Shown: one piece after another, positions 13,810 to 28,300 of the stretch
Position numbering within the stretch: the stretch's first letter is position 1
How the letters are laid out: each line of letters begins with the position of its first letter
Assembly (NCBI GenBank): GCA_033442325.1
Contig: JAWQFM010000005.1
Coordinates: 2,308,477-2,372,476, forward strand
Direction: 5' to 3'
Length of the DNA: 64,000 nucleotides
Source: Salpingoeca rosetta
Taxonomy: Eukaryota; Protista; Choanoflagellata
Made by a program: the position numbers and the translations under genes
Notes under the pieces: model-generated
Seen by the model: only the letters and a program-made list of their open reading frames with translations
Told to the model about the DNA's origin: nothing
Databases searched by the model: none

Positions 13810-14109
13810 AGCGTGTCCGAGACTGTGCTTGGATGTGCAAAGGTGTGCGTGAAGCTGTGCACTTTGTTGTGCGCGAGCTCATTTCATTTCATTCTGGATT
13901 GCTTGTAACCAGCGCCCTGCGTGTCTTCAAGCGAGGACGTCGATGACAGCGTGGCTGCCAAATGCAGTGAAGTTGCTGTGGGCGACTCCTGTGTCTGGGA
14001 ATGCACGCGCGGGTACCAGGGCGACAGCGTGCTCCGCGTGTGCGTCGCGGCAAACCACACCGCATCTTCTTTTACGGGACAACTCCCCACCTGCGACCGT
14101 AAGAGAGTG

Positions 14110-14182
<73 letters not shown>

Positions 14183-14232
14183 GTGTGTGTGTGTGTGCGG
14201 TGTGTGTGTGTCTGCGGTGTGTGTGTGTGTGC

Positions 14233-14321
<89 letters not shown>

Positions 14322-14710
14322 AAACTGATGGCAATATGTTTCCCTGCATGCTCACGCTGATGGATGCGGGACTTTCGGATCAATGTCATGACGCTGCACA
14401 CAACACACGCGTCATGCAACATGCACTGCCTCATCGACGTTCACGCCTCCTCCCTTTCCCCTCGCCCCATTCCTTCACTCCATCACCAGCGGTGCCGTGC
14501 TTTCTGTCCGTGGACATGCAGGGCGAGGCGTACAACCTGGCGGACTGCGCCATCGGGCAGCACCATGGCGACATCTGCACGGCAAGCTGCGCGACCGGCT
14601 ATGCTGGCCAGGCCACCACCTTTATCTGCGATGATGGTTCCTTTGTCGGCCGCATGCCTTCCTGCACACGTGAGCACAAGAGATTAAGCGACTGTGTCGA
14701 TGTGCAGATG

Positions 14711-14754
<44 letters not shown>

Positions 14755-15239
14755 CGTGTGGATGTTTGGGTGTGAGCAATGAGTGAGTGAGTGACTTTGC
14801 GTGATCGTGAGGGACTGCGAGAAGTTGAATAGGTGCGTGAGTTATGCTCAGTTGCAGACATGCATTCCATCAGCGAATAGCCCGTGTAAGTGGAGCGAGT
14901 GGCTCACCTTTATCGTCATTGTACCTCTGGTGTACTTGCACTGCCCCTCCCCTCTCCGTCCCCTCTCTTTCCCTGCGCCTGTGTACAGTGAAGCGGCCAC
15001 GCATGACAACGGATGCTGGCTCCGTGTTGCTGGGCGTGTACGATGAGCAGGCTGTCAACATTGCCTACTTCACAGACGACAACACCCCAAACGCCAAGTG
15101 GGTCAATGTAGATGCAGTTACTCTTTGCCGCAACCTGCACAAGCCGTCGCTCTCTCTCTCTCTTTCTCTCTTGTCGTACATTGCACGACGTGCGTTACAT
15201 GACGTGCACACCCACCTACTCACTCACACTCACACACAC

Positions 15240-15314
<75 letters not shown>

Positions 15315-18300
15315 CTCACTCACACACACGCACACACGCACACACACACACATACGAAAGGTCTGGCCGAGTGCTGACGGAGAGGGAGATTGAGGATAAG
15401 ATTGCGAGCGCGTTTGAGGTTGACCGTGACAATAACCCTGTGGAGGATGCCATTGTGCAAGACATTGACTCGTCCGGTGGAGTCAGGGATGCTGTTCAAC
15501 GTGTCATCGATGCAAACTCGCCAACTGGTATTGAGCACCAGCACGCGCCTCATGTTGGGAGGGTGTGTGTGGAGGCGCTGGTGTTGCCATTCTCTTTGCT
15601 GATGTTCTCGTGGGTGGATGAAGTCTCGGGCCGTTCATCCTTCCACCCCAGCGGCTTCATTACACATCAACCGTGACAACATGCCAACTCCCCGCTGACT
15701 TGATCCATTTTCATTCTCACGGCGTCGGTGTCACCATTTCGCCATGCGCTACACTACCGCAGGTGCCACCCTGACAAACTACCTCCAGTCAACAGAGCAG
15801 TCGCTCGGAAACAAGGTGTGCGTGTGTGCGTGTGTGAGTGAGTGTGTGTGTGTGTGTGTGAGTGTGTGTGTGTGTGTGCATGTGTGCGTGTGTGTGTGAG
15901 TGAGTGTGTGTGTGTGTGTGCATACGGGGGACGGTGAATGCGTTCTTCCATGAGTAGGCGGTGTGAACTGCAGCCTGGCAGGAATTGGTCTGGTCCATGC
16001 ATGCTTGCGACTTTTTCCTTCTTGTTTGACTCGAGCAGCCATTGAAGACGCTACACACCAAACTCGCACGCAATTGCGTAAACACACCCACCCGCACGCC
16101 CACTCACGCTGGCACTCCATGCACGGCAGATAATGGAGGAAACGGATGCGGTGGAGACGACGCTGCGAAGCGAGCTTGCAGGCAAGGCCATGTCGCTGGA
16201 AACCCAAATGGACAATGCGCTGAATGCTGTTGCAAACAATATGGAGGAGCTACAGCGGCAAGTCAGGCTGGACTTTGTCGAAGCCGCACACGTGCGTACC
16301 ACTTGCAGTCACGCACGACATGCACACAATGACTTGTCCAGTTTGCTGTGCTCGAGCGTGTGCTATTTTGCGTGTTGACACGTTTCCCCCCTGCCTATTC
16401 ATGGGACCATGACCATCGTCTCAACTTCACAATGGCATCATGGTGTTGCCATGCACTGTCGTGTCATCATGTCAACAGAACACGTCACAGCGCGTGTGGA
16501 GCGCAGCAACGTCGCTGGAGACGCAGTTCAACGCCGCCATCACAAATGTGCAGGCCGAGGTGACGCAAGTGTCCAACCATGTCGGGGCCAAAGTGCCGAG
16601 CTTGGAGCAAGGGTTGCAGGGCCTGGCCGCTGATATTGGAGGTGTCGACAGTCGCGTTGCCGCCGTGTCCAACGCGGCCACCGCCATTTCGGACCAGGTT
16701 AACCGCTGCCTGCGCACGTGCCCAGCAGGTACGTTTCGCGTGTTTTGTACGTGTGGTGGTTGTTGTTGTGTTGAAATGGGTTGGTGCAACCGTTGGTCTG
16801 TGCCCCTTTGGCCATTTTCACAATTAAGCTGCACCGCGAGACAAACACACACACACACACATACACACACACACATACATATGCACACACACATATGCAC
16901 ACACACACATATGCACACACACACACAAATGCACACACACACACACACACACAAATGCACACACACGCACAACGTCTCCCTTGCCATTCTTCCATCCATC
17001 ATATCACTGATCCACAGGCCAATATGTCAGCAGCTGGTGCACGTCCACCTCCCCCAATGCCTGCTCCCCGTGTCCAGCCGACACCTTCAGCCGCGGCACG
17101 GGCCTCGACACCACGTGTGCACCGTGTCCGCTGACCACCTGCCCTGCTGGGACATATGCGCAGTCGTGCAATGCAGCGACAGGCGCGTCCCTTGGCTGCG
17201 CCACCTGCCCATCCAACACCTACCAAGACGAAGACCAGCACGTTTGTACGTGTATGCGTGTGTATGTATGTTTATGATTGCGTTTGTGAATGCGTTTGTG
17301 GATGTGTGTTTATGTGTGAGCGTGTGTGTGTGTGTGTGTGTTCGTGTGCGTTTGCATACATGTGTGAGTGCGTTTGTTTGTTTGTTTGTTTGTTTGTTTG
17401 TTTGTTTGTTTGTTTATTTGTTTATTTGTTTGTTTGTTTGTTTGTTTGTTTGTTTGTTTGTTTGTTTGTTTGTTTGTTTGTTTGTTTGTTTGTTTGTTTG
17501 TTTGTTTGTTTGTTTGTTTGTTTGTCCACGTGGAGCCGCACGATTGTCAATACCCATGCCCTGTGCTTTTCGCCTGTGCTCCTCGTCATTCCCAGTGCCT
17601 CATCATCCTTCTTCTGGCGACATTCATGTGACGCATCTCCCTTGCAGTGCGCCAGTGCAAGCCTTGCAGCTGCCCCAGCGGTTGGCAGCCACTGGGCTCC
17701 TGCGTGCGGGATCAACCCTTCAAGTGTGTGCAGAACTACATTAGCGTGGTAGGTGCATTTCTTTCCCATCACGTCAGAATGGCGTGGCGTGGTGGTACCC
17801 CTGCCTCATTGTCCACCATCTTGATAGTGTTGCGTTGCGCTGACAAAGACGGTGGATAGTTCAGACGTGTTCTCACAGGCTCTTGCGGCGTGCTTGCATG
17901 CAGTTTGATGGCGCTTGCGGCGCCAATGCGTGGCTGCTGACGGGAAAGGCTGGTGGTAAGACCATTGACTAGAATGCGGGTCATGCACACGCGCGCAAGC
18001 AGATGTGGTTGCGGCCTGTTTTGTGAGATAATGTTATCGTTGTTATAGTTGTCTGCCCATGTCAGAGTGCAAGGCTGTTAAAGCAAGTGAGAACCGTCGT
18101 TTTGCTCCACTCTCACATCCTCTCGTGTCAGCATTCTCTCCGATATCACGTCTACATTCGCTGATTTACACCTTTTTGTTTGCTCTGCTTCAGGATGTTA
18201 CACATCCAGCACTCACTCGGGCACATATGTCAGCAGTGGTGACATTGGCGGTGATGACTTTGATGTGTACGCCACGGCGCGCGTGCGCTTTGCGGCCGGA

Positions 18301-19315
18301 CGCTACCGCTTCTTCTGTGCGTTCTTCAGCACAGTACATGCGCGCATGTGGTGTGTGCGGTGTGTGCGTGCGTGTTGGTGTGCATGTGCGTGTGTGCATG
18401 TGTGTGTGGTGTGTATTTGTGGGCATATTCTTCGTGTACGTACAACGTGGGAGCTGTGCCTTGATCCAGGCATGGAGCATCATGTGTCTGTGACGGCCTC
18501 ACCCGCCTCATGTCTTGCCCATCCTCTTCATCAACTCCACAGGCAGCGCAGATGACTGCTGCTGGATTTCGCTCCGCGGGCCGACCAACGTCAGCCCCAT
18601 CAACGTTAGCTGCTACTAGTGGTGTGATGCGTCTTGTATTGCGAACGTGTGAGTGTTGTGATTGCTGTGAACGTGTCCTTGGTGTGAACGTGTGATGGCT
18701 GTGAACGCGTGACAGGAGACAGCCCGCGACACACGTGTGATGTGGTGTGCACAAGCGGTCGAGCGCAACCCTGTGCATGTCCCCATTTCCTTCGAATGAA
18801 CGTGGCCTCATGTAGCTGTGCTTCTTGTTGTATTCCTCATTCACTGCATTGTCGTTGTCTTCTTCTTGTCTTGCGCCTTCTGCTGCCTTGCATTTACAGC
18901 CATCGAGTTGCAATGGGTGCACGTCGTGCAGCGGCCACACCGCCTATGCCAACCTTGCTGCTGGAGAGTACACTGTCATGTACCGCGCCCACGAGCGAGG
19001 TACGTCACAATCCCGCCATGCTCACGTTTGTGAAATGGGCGTTTCTGTGCACGCACCGCGTGTGTGTGTGTGTCTGTGTGTGTGTCTGTGTGTCTGTGTG
19101 TCTGCATGCCTCCTCTCTCTGTCTCCCCTCTCTGTCTTTCGCTCTCCCCCTTCTCGTTCTATGAATGCTTTGCACGCGTGGACACTGCCATCGTCGGCTT
19201 GTGCTTTTCTCCGCGCATCTCACCACGTGCCTGTGTGACGGCTGCTCGCTTGCCCACACGTTCACTGATTGCAGGCGGCGGGTTCGGCATGACCTTCTAC
19301 ATTGATCGCGCCTGA
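13392..19315 (+). CDS. Secreted multidomain protein: signal peptide, 3 Sushi/CCP-like repeats, cubilin-N-like segment, coiled coil, TNFR-like Cys-rich repeats, C-terminal PA14-like domain
   Basis: Signal MAAVGVGMALMAAIAVLTLAVG. Three exon-encoded repeats ending GQLPICH / GQLPTCD / GRMPSCT (13510-13710, ~13913-14098, ~14490-14669). KRPRMTTDAGSVLL at ~14990. Heptad-rich exons at 15361-16720. Cys repeats CPAG..CSPCPADTFS..CATCPSNTYQDE..QCKPCSCP at 16700-17750. Spliced C-terminus GDDFDVYATARVRFAAGRYRFFCSADDCCWISL...ANLAAGEYTVMYRAHERGGGFGMTFYIDRA, stop at 19313-19315. Intron phases are consistent where checked; the 17750-18194 link was not resolved. Confidence 0.75.
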
Positions 19316-19769
19316 TCCAACGAAGCTACAGCGCCACACTTCATCGTCCTTTCGTCCACCACCACAGCTCCACGTCTGCAGCATCATGTGCTGTTGTGTG
19401 ATGTAACCCTCTTTTCGTTTTTCCCCTCATGCTTGTTGCCCTTGTTACGGAGAAATCACACAGTGCTTCTGCTCATGTATGACTGGACGTCTGGCATCCT
19501 TGTTCTGTTCGTTATTCGTGTTTGATCACACGCTACATCGGTCTCCTCTTTGTTACCTACCCTTCAAGACACCGCCCGTTGGCACATCTGTTCATGTCTG
19601 GTGTGATTTGTCTCGTTTGAGCACACACATGCCAGCGATTAAATGTTTTGTTTACTACTACTCCTTTCCTACTAGCGAACACGTGTGCAAACAGGCAGAT
19701 ACAGACGGACAGACGGACAGACGGACAGGTAGACGATACACAGACACAGAAACACACACACACACACAG

Positions 19770-19815
<46 letters not shown>

Positions 19816-19829
19816 CTTGAGCTTGCGTG

Positions 19830-20554
19830 CTATTGCTGCTGCGTCGCGTTGGGTGAGTCTGCTCGTTTCGCCACCTTGGGTGGTGGCCCGTCGCGTCCGT
19901 GACTGTCGTTGTTCGAATCAGCATCGGCAGCATCAGCAGCATCATGAGCTGTTGTGGTCGTGTTTGATGAGAGCGGTGAGGATGCTGATGGTGTTGTCTC
20001 TGCTTGTGCCTTGTTGCTGCCTGCAAGTGCATTGTCACCGTCACCAGCATCAGATGCATTTGCTTGTGCAGATGCTGTGTGCTGATCCCCATTGTCTGTC
20101 TTGTCGCCCTTGTTGTTCTCGTCTGCGTCCGCCGCACCCGGCGCTTCATCATCGCCGTGGTCAGCGTCGTCACTGCGATTGCCAGCGTCGGGCGTGCTGT
20201 CCATGCCTGCCCCGAGCTGCCTGTCCAGCAGTGAGAGCCCGTCGTCGTCGTCGTCATCAGCGTCCATCTGGAACGCGAGCTCGTCCTGTTTCTCTTCGTC
20301 GCCCGTGTCGCCCTCCTTGATGGTCGCCATCGCCGGCTTTCCAATCGCCCGCCGCGGTTTCATCTCAAACTCGTGTGTTGGCGGGCACTTGTCCACGGTC
20401 ACAGACACGCGCGCAAGCTGCGTTGTGTACATTGTGTGTGTATTGACAAGATTCGCTGTGAGAAGCAAACACGAACACAGAGGAGGCACCACAAGAAGAC
20501 ATGACATGACGTACACAGGCAGCCACACACACACACACACATGCACACACCACA

Positions 20555-20648
<94 letters not shown>

Positions 20649-20700
20649 ACTGACCTTGCAAGCACTGGACCTCGTCCTCTGCAATTGTGCCTTCCGTCAT
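19830..20700 (-). CDS. Hypothetical acidic, low-complexity protein (5' structure uncertain)
   Basis: Coding-like exon 20417-19830 (LARVSVTVDKCPPTHEFEMKPRRAIGKP...DADDDDDDG...PPPKVAKR) after a CAG acceptor. A small upstream exon lies at ~20655-20700, but the phase and start are ambiguous. Confidence 0.45.
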
Positions 20701-21235
20701 GTTTGCGCCTTCCTTCTCCGATGTGCGTGTGAATGGATATTGGTTCACGTTTTGCTGAATCGCTTGCTTTGCTTCTTTGGTTTCTTTTCTGATACACAGG
20801 TGCAGCACACGACCAGACCAGGCAACACCGCCCTTTCATTATCAACAACAACAACAATCAAGAGAGAGCGGAGAAGAGGATACCAGTCAGCAAGCGGGGA
20901 AGGACGACAACAACAGGCCCCAACTGTGCCAAGGAGACAACAGAGACGACGCACAAGGAGTATGTTGGTGTCATCCGACTCGACAACATGTCGCACAACG
21001 ACAAGCCACACACTGTTGATGGAGTTGGGGCGTGGTGCAGCGAAGAACACGCAGAGCAATTGGCGCAAGAGCGCTTACGGTACGACGGCAGGCTGGCACG
21101 AGCACGCACACAAAACAGCAGTGTATGTTCGGACCAGCGTAACAAACAACGAAACACATGCACACCACAACAAAGGTATATTCAGCTTATAGACGGTGGT
21201 TGCTAGTACATGACAACGTGAAGAATGGCGATTGC

Positions 21236-21849
<614 letters not shown>

Positions 21850-22174
21850 GATTGGGTGTGGGGGTGGTGAAAGGGGTGCTTGTCGTCGACAGGTGGCTCC
21901 GCGTTGAACAGTGGTGTTGGATCAGGTCGTGGAAAATGTCAAGCAATAAGGGCAGGCAGCACAGGAAGACAAGAGGAAGACGATTTTTCAGTTTGCTCTT
22001 GTGTGTGCGGTTGCGCTTGGCAACAGCCACTGTTTGCTCAGTACGGAAATTTTCAAACTATCCACCACGGTACTAATGCGCAGATTTGTCAGACGACAGT
22101 TGGTGCGAATCGTATACGTCGTGCAACAGCCATCAGCACAAATTGTGCTGACAGCAGGACAGGCAGCTGCGAAG

Positions 22175-22293
<119 letters not shown>

Positions 22294-22397
22294 ACACACA
22301 CACACACTCTCTCTCTCTCTCTTCTCTCTCAAACTCAAACTCAAACTCAAACAAACAAACACACAATCACTCACACACAGAGAGATTCTCTGTCCTC

Positions 22398-25300
22398 TCA
22401 AACGATCATGTGCCAGAGGTGGGGCGCGTCCACGACAATGTCCAGGGTTGCCTCTTTGTTGCAGCGCGTGAGAGCAGCGTGCAACACGCTTTGCGTGGCC
22501 ATCGCCTCGCTGCTGCGCTTGGAAGCGCACTCGCATGCATACAGCACGTGGCTTGCGCGCAGCGCTGCCCGCACAGCCGGCAACCTGCATCCACGTTCCA
22601 GTGCGAGTGAGTGAGTGAGGGAGGGAGCGGGTGAGTGAGGGAGGGAGGAACAGTGCAGGAGAGCCTGGACAAAGACGAACGCAGCAAGGCAGTCAAGGGA
22701 AAACAAACAACAATAACCACAAAAACACACACACACACAAGCTCACACAAACTCACACAAACACAAACACTTGCACATACTCACGCAAACACAAACAAAC
22801 AAATAAACGCACACGCGCACACAGTACGCACCAAGGTGAAGAGCTGAGGACGCGACAGTGTGCGCGTACAATGTCCTCACAGTGGTTCGGATGATCTGTG
22901 GCACACAGCGTGGCCAGCACATACCCGGCACGGGAAATGTGCACCTCTTCTCGACCAATGCTGGCGCAAACAACATCATGCAGACCCCTGAATGTTGGAG
23001 GAGCAAGTACGACATGGCAACATGCACGGGTGAAGGAGAGCAACTGTCAGCCAGGCCACGTGACCACTCTCTCGTCATTACTTACTTGTACACGCGCATG
23101 GCAGAGCACACAAGCGCAATTACATTACGCGCACGCACACAAACAACACAAACAACACAAACAACACAAATAACACAAATAACACGCAACACACAACACA
23201 AACAACACACATGTTCACACATTTTCACACACACACACACACACAAAACACACAACGCATACACACACACACACACACCACAACAGCGTACCTGAGCATT
23301 GAGGGAAACCGGGAGGAGAGGGTGATCAGGGAGCGGAGGGCGGTGGTGGCCTTCTCTTCGTCGTCAGCGGTGAGAGGTTGGGGCCACGTCCCTGGTGACG
23401 CCGGCTGAAGAACACTTCGCGCCTCGTACAGCATCAGCTCCCACATCCGCCCAACACGCGGTACCTGCAAGGACGCGCACACACGAAGGTCATGAACGGA
23501 CGCAGCAACCATTAACAGCTCAACCAAGCACAGGCGCATACACATGCGCTAACACAACAAAGATATTCTTTCCAAACACTGGTGTTTGACACACATTCAC
23601 ACACACACGCACACATGCTGCAGAGTGCTCGTGTGCACCCGAACACCCACAGTCACTCCAGGCATGGGACCTCAACGGTCAACGCACGTAGCGCTTGAGC
23701 TTCGTTTCGGGCGCCGCTGTCGTCAGCTGGAGAACGAGGTGGTGAACAACGGGGTCGCGCAGCACTCTCGCCGCCTACAGAGCACAGCCACAAGCGGTAC
23801 ACACGCGTGTGCATCTCTTGTTAGTAAACAACAACAGCAGCCGCACGAACAGTACAGAACACACTCACAGATACACAAGAACACACACTCGTCGCACAAA
23901 CAAGAACACACACACCCTCACAGAACACATACACACGCGCGCACACACATCTCACACACGCACGCGTACCTGTTCGAGGGAAGGGAGAAAGTTGGCGAGG
24001 GTGGATGTGCAGGAGGGGAGGCAGCAGGCAATCTCAAGCAAGAATTGCACTAGCTGCAGGACACACTTGGTCATCTGCTCCACATCGCTCTCCGCGTGGT
24101 GGATCACAATATCCACAAACGGATCAATGACCGTGCTCAGACACGCGCCTGCCAGTAGCCAGTCGGCCTCCGACGTGTTGCGAGCAACAGCAGCGACAAC
24201 AGCGGCCGCGTGAACGAACAGCGAGTGGTAGCGGCGTCGCACCATCTCGCTCCCCGTAAAGTGCAGCAGCCCTTGCAGCATGCCTGCCACCTGCGGCAGT
24301 GAACGGCACACAGCCAATGGAACACGGTGCGCCATCGCCAGCAGGGACAGGCTGGCCAACTGGCTGGCGTCTGGGTTGAGCAGCAGCAGCCACGCCCCGC
24401 TATCCAGGTCATCCTCAACCAGATCAGGCACCGCCAGACACGCGTCGCCGTGACCACCACCAGCGACAGCAGCGTGGTAGCGCCGCTGTGCAGCGAGCAC
24501 GGCTGAGACAACGGCATCGCCACTGCACCCGGTCGGCACCTCTCCGCTCCCATACGCGGCGAGCGCCCGTGGGCGGTGCGAGACGGAGAGGTCATCCAGC
24601 GCGAGCACCAGGTCGTCCTCAAACTGCACGGGCACCGCTGGGACGGCCGAAGCCGTGTCTCCACCGCCTCCCGTCGGTGTTGCCAGCAACGCGTGACCCT
24701 GCATGGCGGGGCGTGGTCTCGCGAGTTGCGATGGCGTTTGCAGCATTGGTGCCGGCCTGCGCCCGCTCGACCCGTCCGCTGCCACACCGTGATCATCGTC
24801 GCCATCCCCGCTGTGGACTGCACATTCCACCGCATAGCTCCTCCACCACACCTCGCCCTGCCCCTGCTGTTGTTGCTGCTGTTGTTCGCGTGCTTCCTGG
24901 TCGTTCCCGCCGTCGTGCCCGTCCTTGGCGCCATGATCGCTGCTCGTGTGACTTCGGGCTGCTGCACCGCCCCCAATGATGGTTCCTGCTTTTGGTTTCC
25001 GGCGCTTTGGCGGCGCCAGTAGCCGGGAAACCAGCCGATGCACTGCCCCATCCACGTGCATGTGGGCGTATGCCATGGCTAGACTGCCGTTGGTACCGGT
25101 GTTGCTGCTGTTGCCGTTGCCGTTGCTACTGCTGCTGTGACTATTCCTCGCGTTGGTGCTTCGGGCAGCGCTGTCTCCACCCGCGACCACCATCGTCGAG
25201 AGCACTGGCAGCCGGCACGCGCCCAGCAGCGCCGTACACACGTGCACCGACGCCGCCTCCAACAGAGCTGCACGCTTGCAGCTGGCGTTGCTGGCGTTGC

Positions 25301-28300
25301 TGGCGCTGCTGGCGCTGCTGCTGCTGCTGTCGGTCCCTGCGCTTGCGCGTGTGCCCTGTGCAGTGGCGGGAAAGAGGGCCGGTCGCCAGCGCGTGATCTG
25401 GCGAACCAGCGCCATGACGGCATCTGCAGCGTGTTGTGTCGGCTCCACAACACCGCCGCTCACCATTGCGGGGCTCTTGTGCTGCGATATGGACGGTGCC
25501 AGCCCAAGGGAAAAGAGGACAAATTGCACACACGACTCTGCATCCAGCAGCAGCCATTCCAAAGCGTTGCGAGGGCGAGCACCACCGTTGACCCAGGCCG
25601 CCGTGCCACTACCGCCTCTTTCTTGGTGCATGAGGGCGTGTTGGGTGCGCAACACCGCCAGCAGCCGCTGCTCCTGCCCACGGTCCACAGCAATGCCAAC
25701 GTTGCTGCTGGTGATGATGGCTGTAGCAGGGGCTGGTGTGGTGCTCAAACCAATGCCGTCGGCGTCGCCGCTGCTGTTCTTGTCGCCTGCTGTGCTGACG
25801 GCCCAAATCCACGCCCACACGCGGGCGACCGCGCACATGTCCAGCACCAGCGCGTCCTTGTTGTGTGGAAGACAGGACCGGTTGGCCTCTGCGCGCGTCA
25901 GGTGCGCGAGCGCATCGTGGGTGAGCGCTGGATCCCACGTCTCAACGACGCGTGTGCTGTCGCTGTCAACACCGTTCACATGCAAGTGAACGCGGTACGC
26001 GACGTGACGCAGCAATGCCCGCTGATCCTCGGCCGAACATACATGCAAAAGCCGTGACAGCATCAGTCGGCCTGAAAACCAAGGGGAAAAGACATGAGAG
26101 GCGAGGAGGACAGGAAACATACACACATGTACACGACACGACACGTACACAGAGCGACACGTGAACACACACATGTACACACACATGTAAAGACACACAC
26201 ACACATGTAAAGACACACACACATGTACACACACACACACCTCTGGCGTCGCGTCGAAGCAGGAGATCAGCAGCTGTTGCGAGAAAGACATCGTCGATGG
26301 CGGTGGTGGGCCAGTCCGCACACCACTCCATCCCAAACACGCGACCTGCGATGCAACAGTAACCGTCGACAGGTGCCAGAGCGAGCAGCGAACATAGGTA
26401 TGTGGAGCACGCAAGAGGATGGTAAGAGCTGGCAGGGTATCGAGCCAACATGCATGGTCAAATACACACACACATGCACATACACATGCACACATACGCA
26501 CACACACACTCACTCACTCAAACACACACACTCTCACTCAAACACACACTCTCTCTCACACTCACACACCCTTTGCAGATGAGACGAACACGCGGGTGAT
26601 GATCGCGCAGACGGCGGCGTGAAGGTGAGCGCGATGGCGCGTCACAACTGCCATGATGGCTGCTCGCAGCTGTGATGCAACTCGTGCGTACATGCGCACG
26701 TGTGTGTGGGCAACTAAGCACGCTGCAATCGCATCCCCAACTGCCGACACCACAGCCTGCTGCGCTGCTGTCAGCGGCTGGTGTTCCTGAGCGGCATCCT
26801 GCGATGGTGCGGGTGGGAATGCGTGCAGCAGCAGCGGCGTCGCATCAAACCCGCGCGTGCACCCCCGCCTCAGCTGTGACATGGTTGCGTCCTGCGTCGT
26901 CAGCCGTGTCAGCACGTGGTGAGCGTTGCCTTCAGCTGCGTCACCTGCGTCCTCGCTGGTGTGGAGTGGCTCCAGTTCAACGGGTGCACGATGCAGTGCC
27001 GCCTGCTGGAGACTTGCTGCCGTTGCTGCCGTTGCCACTGCTGTTGCTGTTGTTGGTGGTGTTGTAGTTCTGTCCCTTCCCAATACTTGGCGATAAGCGG
27101 TGTGGAAGGACGCCGGCAGTAGAGGGATCGCAGTTTCTTGCTCTTGGGGCATTTCCAGCTGCACACGAACACGCAAACACGCAAACACGCAAACACGCAA
27201 ACACGCAAACACACAAACATTGAGCAGATAATGCACACGCATGCGGAGAGAACAGAGAGAACATGTGAGTAACGAAGCAACGAGCTCAGCAACCAATGCA
27301 AACACTCACCCCCAGCCAATCCCATACCATCACCGCCGCCACCAAAGCCGTCGCAAGTGCACTGTTCAATCAGACCTGTTTTGCCTTTGCTGTAATCCTG
27401 CCAACGAGGCCGCGGACATGGGCGAGAGTGCGTGGGCCGAGCGGGTTGCGCTCCTGCTTGCGCTGCTGCTGCTGTTGCTGCCACGATGACGCAAATGCTT
27501 CGGCGATGTCCGTGATGGTGGCAGCCGTGGCCCGGTTGATGCAACGAAGCACGCGCGTGACCACGGTGAGCGTCGCCTTTGTGGACAAGGAACCGGACAG
27601 CAGCTGCGTAAACTCGTCAGCAACCCTTGCGCCATGTTTGCGACCATGGCCAAGAAGGGTGCCCTCAGCACTTGATGGTGTCATGGACATGCTGGCCGCT
27701 GTCAGAGTGGTGGTTGGGGCTGTTGACGCTGCCGTTCCCGGCTGCATTTGCTCTGTTCTCAGGCATGCTGCAAGTGCAGCGCGCATCAGGGTGCATGCCT
27801 GGCTGTTCTGCTCGCTCGACAGCACATCCACCGCCCGCTGAAGGTTGTGCCGAATGCTCTGTGCACGTGCAAGTGGCAATCGTTCTCGTAACCACTGCTG
27901 CAGCACCTCCGCCCGGTTTGCATCGCCTCCACCACCACCATCATTCTCAGTATCACCGCCACCATCACCATCATTGTCGCCAGCATCACCACTGCGGTGG
28001 CTCTTGGCTGGTTGCGTGTGCGGAAAAGTGAGCGTGGCAGCGGCAATGATGGCTGCCTCTGACACTGTGAGTGCGCTCGTGAGCACACGCAGGAGCACGC
28101 GCGAGGGCGTGTCTGCAAGCACGGCGGTCACCACCTCGGTATCCGGTGACTGCAGCCACAAGTGTAGATGCGTGGTGGAAACCACCGCAGGCAAGATGCG
28201 CAGGCGAATCAGTGCAGCCGCGTGCACTTCACACGGACGCACGCGCTGTACGGCAGCAAGCACGCTTCCGCCCATGTGCTCCAGCACAAGAGAGCACAGA

